From Octopus vulgaris (lineage: Eukaryota), in contig CATOCA020000001.1 of assembly GCA_951406725.2 (NCBI GenBank), forward strand, positions 5,084,001 to 5,148,000: a DNA stretch of 64,000 nt, written 5' to 3'. Below are positions 52,481-64,000 of the stretch, in pieces (within the stretch, counting starts at the first letter, position 1; each line of letters starts with the position of its first letter). The notes under the pieces were generated by a model. The model saw only the letters and a program-made list of their open reading frames with translations. It was not told where the DNA came from and ran no database searches. The translations under genes and the position numbers were made by a program.

Positions 52481-53048
52481 TGTGTGGTAAGTAGCTTGCT
52501 AACCAACTACATGGTTCCGGGTTCAGTCACACTGCGTGGCATCTTGGGCAAGTGTCTTCTGCTATAGCCTCGGGCCGACCAATGCCTTGTGAGTGGATTT
52601 CGTAGACGGAAACTGAAAGAAGCCTGTCGTATATATGTATATATGTATAAGTGTGTGTGTATATTTTTGTGTGTCTGTGTTTGTCCCCCTAGCATTGCTT
52701 TACAACCGATTCTGGTGTGTTTACGTCCCCGTCACTTAGCGGTTTGGAAAAACAGACCGATAGAATAAGTATTGGGCTTACAAAGATTAAGTCCCGGGGT
52801 CGATTTGCTCGACTAAAGGCGTTGCTCCAGCATGGCCGCACTCAAATGACTGAAACAAGTAAAAGAGTAAAAGAGTAAAGAGTATATATATATACATATA
52901 TATATATGTACACATATATCTATACATCTAGCTATTCTATCTATCTATCTATATATATATAATATATACTTTATAAAGCATATTACTCTACCACTGGTAT
53001 TTGAGTACTCTTTTTTTCCACCTTGTTTCACATTTATGTGTTTACTCC

Positions 53049-53096
<48 letters not shown>

Positions 53097-53676
53097 TTAG
53101 AGATAGTATAAAATCTATATAAGGATTTATCAAGTAGTTAGCGTGAAAAGCGTCATAAGAGAAAAATCCACCATTTTTTTCATTTAAATGTATTTTTTTA
53201 TATTATATAGAGGGCATTACTATACATAAATGCCACACGCTAGGAGGAATTCATAAAGTCAGAACTACCAAAATATATAAACACATTGTAAAAGTATTAT
53301 TTATAGCTGAATGTTCTTCTTGACACTAATAAACCTAACAACAGTCATCGTGTTGTGTCTCTAGGTTAGCTATATTCCTCTGCTTACATCTTGAGCTACA
53401 AATCTGTGGATCATACCCCAGCTAGGGTGGGGGGCTCTTTATATGAAAAATAAATTGATTCTCTAAAGAAAGGTAGATTTATGAAAACTAGTAAAAGAAT
53501 CAATGACACAGAATTTGTACAATAAAACCTCCGGTATTGATCTTTGATCTGATCTCATCTACGTTGCTAATATTTGACAGACACTATCAACAAGTGCTTA
53601 CTTAATAAATTTTTGTAAATATCTTTATGACTATTTCACAATTATTTAATAAATTTCCATTATATATATATATATG

Positions 53677-54553
<877 letters not shown>

Positions 54554-54563
54554 TTATATACTA

Positions 54564-54595
<32 letters not shown>

Positions 54596-55092
54596 CCACC
54601 ATGCTGAAAATAGCAGCCATTATCTGACTCTAAAACAACCTTAAGTCAATCTTAAGTCAAAACAGGTAGACAATCTAGTTTATCTAATCCCCCTCTCTAT
54701 AAAGCTGTTCAATGTTCATTCTCACTCACTTTTTGACTCTTTCTCACTCTCTGTCTGACTCGCTCCCAGCAAAGAAGGACATTGTGGAAGACAATTTAAA
54801 TGCTAGAAATAGCAGCAAAACAACTCCTTAGAAATATGCTATGATGATTTTAACAATATATATATATATATATTTATTTATATATATATATGTATATATA
54901 TATGTGTGTGTGTATATATATACATGTATATATGTGTGTATATATATATCTATATATTTACTTATATATATATATATGTGTGTGTGCATATATATATATG
55001 TATGTATATGTGTATGTATATATATATATTTATATACATGCAAGTATATATGTGTGTATATATATATATATGTATATATGTATGTATATATG

Positions 55093-55144
<52 letters not shown>

Positions 55145-55158
55145 CATGCAAATATATA

Positions 55159-55280
<122 letters not shown>

Positions 55281-55547
55281 TTCATCCTTGTTATTTCGTC
55301 AACCCTGAAATGATAAAGTAGTGTTGGCATTAATAGAATTCGAACCCAGAATGTAGGCTCCCAGCAAATAGCTATAAATAATACCAACAGGATATGTGGT
55401 TATCAAGACATAGCAGTAATTGAGGCTATGTGTGTGTGTGCCCGTGCATGCGTGTGGGCGACTGTTTCGATTTTTTGTGTTTGTGTATGTGTATATATAT
55501 GCGCATGTATGTATGTATATATATATCTATCTATCACACTCTCTCCC

Positions 55548-55627
<80 letters not shown>

Positions 55628-56049
55628 CCCGATGTACTTGTGCTCATAATATATTTATATATACAAATATATACATTCATATATAGAAAGCTGAAAAGTG
55701 ACACGTGGCTGTGTGGTGAGAAGCTTGCTTACCTACCATATTGTTCTGAGTTCAATCTCACTGCGTGGCACCTTTGGCGAGTGTCTTATTCTATAGCCAC
55801 GGGCTGACCGAAAGAAGCCCATCGGATGTATATATATGTGTTTGTGCTAGCGTTTAACAACGCACTATCGCTTCACAACCAATGCTGTTGTGTTTAGGTC
55901 CCCGTAACTTTGCGGTTCGGCAAAAGCTCCCGATAGAATAACTACTAGACTTAAAAAGCAAGCAAATACATACATATATACGCACATATACATACATATA
56001 TATATACATATATAAAAATATATAAAAATATATAAAAATATATAAAATC

Positions 56050-57651
56050 TTTATTACTATTAAAGACCACAAAGAAAACTTCCTTTCCAATCCTAAATGT
56101 AGGCTTATCAACCCAGCCAAGTCAGAACTAGGGATTATTAGCAAAGAAATTTTAGATAAAATAAATACGAAAATTAAGACCGATACTAGGCTAGTGCAAT
56201 GGTCCAATAGTATAGAAGTCGTAGACTGGTTTAAAGCTATTAAGAATAAGAAAAAAGCGAGGTTTACACAATTCGATATTGTTGATTTTTATGCCTCTAT
56301 CTCTAAAGAACTGCTAGATAAAGCCCTAATCTTCGCTAGTGATTTCATAGAAATTAGTACCAATGATAAGGATATAATCTTCCATGCTAGAAAGACATTA
56401 CTTTTCAGTGAGAATGCAAAGTGGGTAAAAAACACCGACACGGAGGGCGCTTTCGATGTGAGCATGGGTTCATATGATGGGGCAGGCATCTGTGATCTAA
56501 TTGGACTCTTTCTCCTAGATACCTTCAGTAAGACATTCCCTAACGTACATTTTGCCATCTACAAAGATGATGCCCTCGCCTTAACAGCTAATACAAATGG
56601 ACCAGCACAAGATCGTTTTAGGAAGGATATTATCCAGTTAATGAAACACTTCGGACTTAGTATAACTATAGACACTAACCTGACGGTTGTCAATTTCTTA
56701 GACGTTTCCTTAGATCTTAATAATAATATTTATAAGCCTTATAGGAAGCCCAATGATAGACTAAGTTATATTAATGTAGGTTCATGCCATCCCCCTATAG
56801 TATTCAAAAATTTAGTTAAAAATATTAGTAAGAGGATTTCTAGCCTCTCATCTAATGAGGACATCTTCAATAGCGTTGCCCCAGTTTATAATAAAGCTTT
56901 AAAAGATAGTGGTTTTAGCGAAAAAATAAAATATACACCTATCACCAGCCCAACAATAAGGAAAAGGAATAATAGAAATAGGAAGGTCATCTGGTTTACG
57001 CCCCCTTACTCACCCGAGGTGGCCTTCAATATAGGTAAATATTTCCTAGCACTGATAGATAGACATTTTCCAGTTAACCATGCTTATAGGAAACTCTTCA
57101 ATAGACACAATTTAAAAATTAGTTTTAGTTCAACTACCAATTTTAAAAACATAATCAATCATAACATACAAAAAACACAAGAAGAAAACAGCTGTTCATG
57201 CAGGAATAAAGAATTGTGCCCGCTAAATGGAGCTTGCATGTCCAAGACCATCATATATGAAGCAACCGTAAACTCTATAACCACTAAAGACACCGTTTCG
57301 ACGAAGAAATACGTGGGCCTGACAGAGGGTAATTTCAAGGCCAGGTTCAATAACCACACTTTGAGCTTTAGGCACTGGAACAAAAGAAAAGCGACACAAT
57401 TATCCAATCATATTTGGTCTTTAAGAGATAAAGGTGTCGATTATAACATACAATGGAAGATTTTGGCCAGATGTAAGCCCTATACTAACGGCAGCGGAAG
57501 GTGCGGTTTATGCGACATGGAGAGATGGCTTATCTGGAAAAGCAGCTTAGACCCTACCACATGTCTAAATACAAGGACAGAGCTTTTCGGATCATGCCCA
57601 CATGTGACTAAATTTCTGTTACGTTTTTGGTCCCCTAAAGAAAACGGATAG
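56050..57651 (+). CDS. PLE RT + C-terminal GIY-YIG endonuclease; 533 open codons, native start missing
   Basis: The frame of ORF 56194-57651 extends 48 codons upstream (FITIKDHKENFLSNPKCRLINPAKSELGIISKEILDKIN...). Contains QFDIVDFYASI, SMGSYDGA, YKDD, a CxC-x5-CP-x4-C cluster and IIY..YVG. Confidence 0.88.
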   Translation, partial: FITIKDHKENFLSNPKCRLINPAKSELGIISKEILDKINTKIKTDTRLVQWSNSIEVVDWFKAIKNKKKARFTQFDIVDFYASISKELLDKALIFASDFIEISTNDKDIIFHARKTLLFSENAKWVKNTDTEGAFDVSMGSYDGAGICDLIGLFLLDTFSKTFPNVHFAIYKDDALALTANTNGPAQDRFRKDIIQLMKHFGLSITIDTNLTVVNFLDVSLDLNNNIYKPYRKPNDRLSYINVGSCHPPIVFKNLVKNISKRISSLSSNEDIFNSVAPVYNKALKDSGFSEKIKYTPITSPTIRKRNNRNRKVIWFTPPYSPEVAFNIGKYFLALIDRHFPVNHAYRKLFNRHNLKISFSSTTNFKNIINHNIQKTQEENSCSCRNKELCPLNGACMSKTIIYEATVNSITTKDTVSTKKYVGLTEGNFKARFNNHTLSFRHWNKRKATQLSNHIWSLRDKGVDYNIQWKILARCKPYTNGSGRCGLCDMERWLIWKSSLDPTTCLNTRTELFGSCPHVTKFLLRFWSPKENG

Positions 57652-57840
57652 AACATGCTTTCTGTGTTATGTCCCAAGAAGATTTTATATATTTTTATAT
57701 ATTTTTATATATTTTTATGTATTTTTATATAATTTTTATGACGAAAAATGCGAGCGATGTATAAGTACGCAGGCAAAGCAGAGTTATAACAGAGTAATTT
57801 CCCTTCATTTTTAACGGTATTTTTTCATAACGTTTTCAAA

Positions 57841-57914
57841 TAGCCAGATAACCGAAGAGATGGTGTTGTGGATTTCCACTTCGGCATCTGAAACTCAGAG
57901 TTTTATCTTGACTA
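57841..57914 (+). ncRNA. Hammerhead-like motif (copy 3)
   Basis: As 37006-37079. Confidence 0.55.
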
Positions 57915-57930
57915 CCGAGTAATGTAACAT

Positions 57931-57978
<48 letters not shown>

Positions 57979-58534
57979 CGCAGGAGTGGCTGTGTGGTAA
58001 GTAGCTTGCTTACCAACCACATAGTTCCGGGTTCAGTCCCACTGCGTAGCATCTTGGGCAAGTATCTTTACTATAGCCTCGGGCCGAACAAAGCCTTGTG
58101 AGTGGATTTGGTTGACGGAAACTGAAATATATATATATATGTTTGTGTATCTGTGTTCGTCCCTCTAGCATTGCTTCACAACCGATGCTGGTGTGTTCAC
58201 GTCCCCGTCACTTAGCGGTTTAGCAAAAGAGACCGATAGAATAAGTACTGGGCTTACAAAGAATAAGTTCCGGGGTCGATTTGCTCGACTAAAGACGGTG
58301 CTCCAGCATGGCCGCAGTCAAATGACTGAAACAAGTAAAACAGTAAAAGAGTATATATATATGCATATATAGGCGCAGGAGTGGCTGTGTGGTAAGTAGC
58401 TTGCTAACCAACCACATGGTTCCGGGTTCAGTCCCACTGCGTGGCATCTTGGGCAAGTGTCTTCTGCTATAGCCCCGGGCCGACAAAGGCCTTGTGAGTG
58501 GATTTGGTAGACGGAAACTGAAAGAAGCCTGTCG

Positions 58535-58571
<37 letters not shown>

Positions 58572-59172
58572 CTGTGTTTGTTCCCCTAGCATTGCTTGAC
58601 AACCGATGCTGGTGTGATTCCGTCCCCGTCACTTAGCGGTTCGGCAAAAAGAGACCGATAGAATAAGTACCGGGCTTACAAAAAGAATAAGTCCCGGGGT
58701 CGAGTTGCACGACTAAAGGCGGTGCTCCAGCATGGCCGCAGTCAACTGACTGAAACAAGTAAAAGAGTAAAAGAGTATATTTGTGTGCAAGTGTTTAGGT
58801 GTGTGCAACCATTTATGAATGTATGTATGCATATATGTAGGGATATATTTATTTACAAATATATATTCATGTATGTGTGTGTGCCTGTGTATTACTGTGG
58901 CTTACGATTGTATTTCGTTCTGTAGCCATTACTTAATAAATAAATCTTTATTTCTTTAGTTTGAAAGAAAAGGAAGGGACACAAAACTTTTATAATGTTG
59001 TATGATTTTCACAACTTATCACATTTATATATTGTCATTTAAGCCCAATTGCCTTAAATTCGGGACATACTCTCTCTTTCTCTCTATCTCTCCCTCTCTC
59101 TCTCTCCTTATATATATATATATATATACATATAAATATATATATATTTATATATATATGTACGTATGTATG

Positions 59173-59218
<46 letters not shown>

Positions 59219-59227
59219 TATATGTAC

Positions 59228-59290
<63 letters not shown>

Positions 59291-59953
59291 TATATACATA
59301 TATATGTACATAAATATATATATATTTACATACGTATATACGTAGATACATTCACACACACACACACACATACATAAATATATATACTTGGATGTTCATC
59401 AGTGTTTTGTTTCTTTCTATTTACATATATAAATATGTTATATATCACTCCCAAGAAGTCCTATTTTTTAGTTTTCATCTTTCCTGTCTCTCTCCTTCTC
59501 TTCCGCCCTCTCTCACTTTCTTCATTTATACAAATCATATACATACATAGTAACATACATAATTGCATGTATACACAATAAGAAACATATATACATGCAT
59601 CTTACATACACACACAGAAACATATATACATAGGTCATACATACATACATACATACATACATACACGCATACATACATACACAAGGCCCGAAAATTTTCG
59701 GGGAGGGGACCAGTCGATAAGATCACCTACAATCAAACTACAAAGAAAGAATGTTCCCTAGAGAACATTCTTTCTTTGTAGTTTGATAGTAGGTGATCTA
59801 TTTCTAGCATATAGCTGTCCACATAGTGGTTTTTAGCCCTTAATATACACATGTATTAGAATTTTCTCTGATTTCTCAGACTTTTTTATGCTAGGCTACT
59901 GGTTTTAAATTGATATTAATTAAATTAATATTCAATTCATCTCCCTCGTTATT

Positions 59954-60136
<183 letters not shown>

Positions 60137-60608
60137 CATATATGTGTGTGTATGCATACATACATACATACATACATACATACATACATACATACACATA
60201 TATATATATATATATGTGTGTGTGTGTATGTATGTATGTATGTATGTATGCATACACACACACATATACATGCATATATATATTCATATATATACACATG
60301 TGTATATTAAGGGCTAAAAGCCACTATGTGGACAGCCATATGCTAGAAATAGATCACCTACGATCAAACTACAAAGAAAGAATGTTCTCTAGGGAATACA
60401 TGTGTATATTAATGTGCATACATAAATACATATATATATAAATATGCATACATACATACATACATGCATACATGCATACATTCATTCATACATACATACA
60501 TACATTCATACATACATACATACATACATACATGTAGGGTGAATGTATGTTTGATTAAAGGTATATGTGTGTATATTGTAGCGTGAGTGTTAGCGAGTAG
60601 ATAGAGAC

Positions 60609-60654
<46 letters not shown>

Positions 60655-60781
60655 ATTAGGGCTTAGTAAAATAAATTACTTTGCCACATACTGAACTTGC
60701 TAGAAATAGCAGCCCAAAAAAGTTTTTTTGCCATTTCCACTACTTAAAGAAAATTTCTCTCAGATAATTTTACCCTCAATT

Positions 60782-60852
<71 letters not shown>

Positions 60853-60854
60853 TC

Positions 60855-60998
<144 letters not shown>

Positions 60999-61605
60999 AT
61001 ATATATATATATATATATATGGCTGTGTGGTAAGTAGCTTGCTAACCAACTACATGGTTCCGGGTTCAGTCACACTGCGTGGCATCTTGGGCAAGTGTCT
61101 TCTGCTATAGCCTCGGGCCGACCAATGCCTTGTGAGTGGATTTCGTAGACGGAAACTGAAAGAAGCCTGTCGTATATATGTATATATGTATAAGTGTGTG
61201 TGTATATGTTTGTGTGTCTGTGTTTGTCCCCCTAGCATTGCTTTACAACCGATTCTGGTGTGTTTACGTCCCCGTCACTTAGCGGTTTGGAAAAACAGAC
61301 CGATAGAATAAGTATTGGGCTTACAAAGATTAAGTCCCGGGGTCGATTTGCTCGACTAAAGGCGTTGCTCCAGCATGGCCGCACTCAAATGACTGAAACA
61401 AGTAAAAGAGTAAAAGAGTAAAGAGTATATATATATACATATATATATATGTACACATATATCTATACATCTAGCTATCTATCTATCTATCTATCTATAT
61501 ATATATAATATATACTTTATAAAGCATATTACTCTACCACTGGTATTTGAGTACTCTTTTTTTCCACCTTGTTTCACATTTATGTGTTTACTCCGGTATA
61601 TATAT

Positions 61606-61660
<55 letters not shown>

Positions 61661-62245
61661 TTAGAGATAGTATAAAATCTTTATAAGGATTTATCAAGTA
61701 GTTAGCGTGAAAAGCATCTTAAGAGAAAAATCCACCATTTTTTTCATTTAAATGTATTTTTTTATATTATATAGAGGGCATTACTATACATAAATGCCAC
61801 ACGCTAGGAGGAATTCATAAAGTCAGAACTACCAAAATATATAAACACATTGTAAAAGTATTATTTATAGCTGAATGTTCTTCTTGACACTAATAAACCT
61901 AACAACAGTCATCGTGTTGTGTCTCTAGGTTAGCTATATTCCTCTGCTTACATCTTGAGCTACAAATCTGTGGATCATACCCCAGCTAGGGTGGGGGGCT
62001 CTTTATATGAAAAATAAATTGATTCTCTAAAGAAAGGTAGATTTATGAAAACTAGTAAAAGAATCAATGACACAGAATTTGTACAATAAAACCTCCGGTA
62101 TTGATCTTTGATCTGATCTCATCTACGTTGCTAATATTTCGACAGACACTATCAACAAGTGCTTACTTAATAAATTTTTGTAAATATCTTTATGACTATT
62201 TCACAATTATTTAATAAATTTCCATTATATATATATATATGTATG

Positions 62246-62342
<97 letters not shown>

Positions 62343-62348
62343 TATATG

Positions 62349-62443
<95 letters not shown>

Positions 62444-62445
<2 letters not shown>

Positions 62446-63083
62446 ACCACTGATGGTCCTATGGAAAACATTCGTCCTCAGCCGCTTGGACTACTGCTCC
62501 CAACTTTGGTCACCACACAATATAAAACAAACAGCAGAACTCGAAGCAATTCAGAGAAGCTACACAAAGAAAATCGTCTCAATGCAAAATATCAGCTACT
62601 GGGAAAGACTGAAGGTATTAAACCTCTTCTCCCTAGAGCGGAGGCGGGAGAGATATGCAGTGATATACATCTGGAAAATCCTGGAGGGTCTTGTCCCAAA
62701 ATTTGGCATTCAAAGTTACTCCAACCGCAGAACGGGGCGCCGCTGCGTGGTGCCAAGGATTCCAACATCACCATCAAAATACAGGCCCAGATACTGCAAC
62801 AGCTTGGGTTTCAGAGGACCACAGCTCTTTAACATCCTCCCTAAATGCCTGAGAGACTTACATGGTGTGGATGTGGGTTTCTTTAAAACTAAACTGGATC
62901 TCTTCTTGTTGGGAGTCCCAGATGAACCTACCTCACGACAGGAGACGCGGATGCGGGCAGCAGCATCGAACTCCCTTGTTGATCAAGTGCCACGTATCAG
63001 AGGTGGATTCACAAACTAGTGTAGCTCATTCAGCGGTGGTGCCCCAGCATGGCCGCGGCCTTCGGGCAAAAACATTTTTTTAA

Positions 63084-63085
<2 letters not shown>
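62444..63085 (+). mobile_element. CR1-like LINE 3' fragment (unit 9)
   Basis: Near-identical to 5411-6052; stop at 63019. Confidence 0.88.
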
Positions 63086-63121
<36 letters not shown>

Positions 63122-63614
63122 TTATATACTAACATCATCATCATCATCATCATCATCATCACCACCATGCTGAAAATAGCAGCCATTATCTGACTCTAAA
63201 ACAACCTTAAGTCAATCTTAAGTCAAAACAGGTAGACAATCTAGTTTATCTAATCCCCCTCTCTATAAAGCTGTTCAATGTTCATTCTCACTCACTTTTT
63301 GACTCTTTCTCACTCTCTGTCTGACTCGCTCCCAGCAAAGAAGGACATTGTGGAAGACAATTTAAATGCTAGAAATAGCAGCAAAACAACTCCTTAGAAA
63401 TATGCTATGATGATTTTAACAATATATATATATATATATTTATTTATATATATATATGTATATATATATGTGTGTGTGTATATATATACATGTATATATG
63501 TGTATATATATATATATCTATATATTTACTTATATATATATATATGTGTGTGTGCATATATATATATGTATGTATATGTGTATGTATATATATATATTTA
63601 TATACATGCAAGTA

Positions 63615-63660
<46 letters not shown>

Positions 63661-63664
63661 TATA

Positions 63665-63710
<46 letters not shown>

Positions 63711-63721
63711 GCAAATATATA

Positions 63722-63857
<136 letters not shown>

Positions 63858-64000
63858 TTCATCCTTGTTATTTCGTCAACCCTGAAATGATAAAGTAGTG
63901 TTGGCATTAATAGAATTCGAACCCAGAATGTAGGCTCCCAGCAAATAGCTATAAATAATACCAACAGGATATGTGGTTATCAAGACATAGCAGTAATTGA

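Larger units (their letters stand above)
56011..57934 (+). mobile_element. Penelope-like retroelement, Naiad-like, 5'-truncated (copy 3, uninterrupted frame)
   Basis: Inverted 5' piece 56011-56051, open frame 56050-57651, 3' UTR to 57934, then (TA)n. Confidence 0.92.

Overview
Eukaryotic, extremely (TA)n-rich DNA, most likely octopus/cephalopod (inferred from the SINE sequences and microsatellite style). The whole window is one head-to-tail macrosatellite of 9 complete units plus a partial 10th. Unit starts at the (CAT)n tract are about 1, 6110, 12263, 18404, 27025, 33715, 42354, 48485, 54564 and 63133. Short units (~6.1 kb) carry microsatellites, 2-3 tRNA-derived SINEs, a 37-bp hairpin nested in a ~99-bp inverted repeat, and a ~640-bp 3' fragment of a CR1-like LINE. 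Long units (~8.6 kb; units 4, 6, 9) also carry a 5'-truncated Naiad-like Penelope retroelement (RT + C-terminal GIY-YIG, up to 533 uninterrupted codons, inverted 5' end, hammerhead-like motif in the 3' UTR) and an extra SINE. Junction sequence suggests the short unit arose from the long one by a 2.43-kb deletion, and shared SNPs suggest a short+long higher-order dimer. No host protein-coding gene is securely identifiable. Almost all listed ORFs are microsatellite translations.
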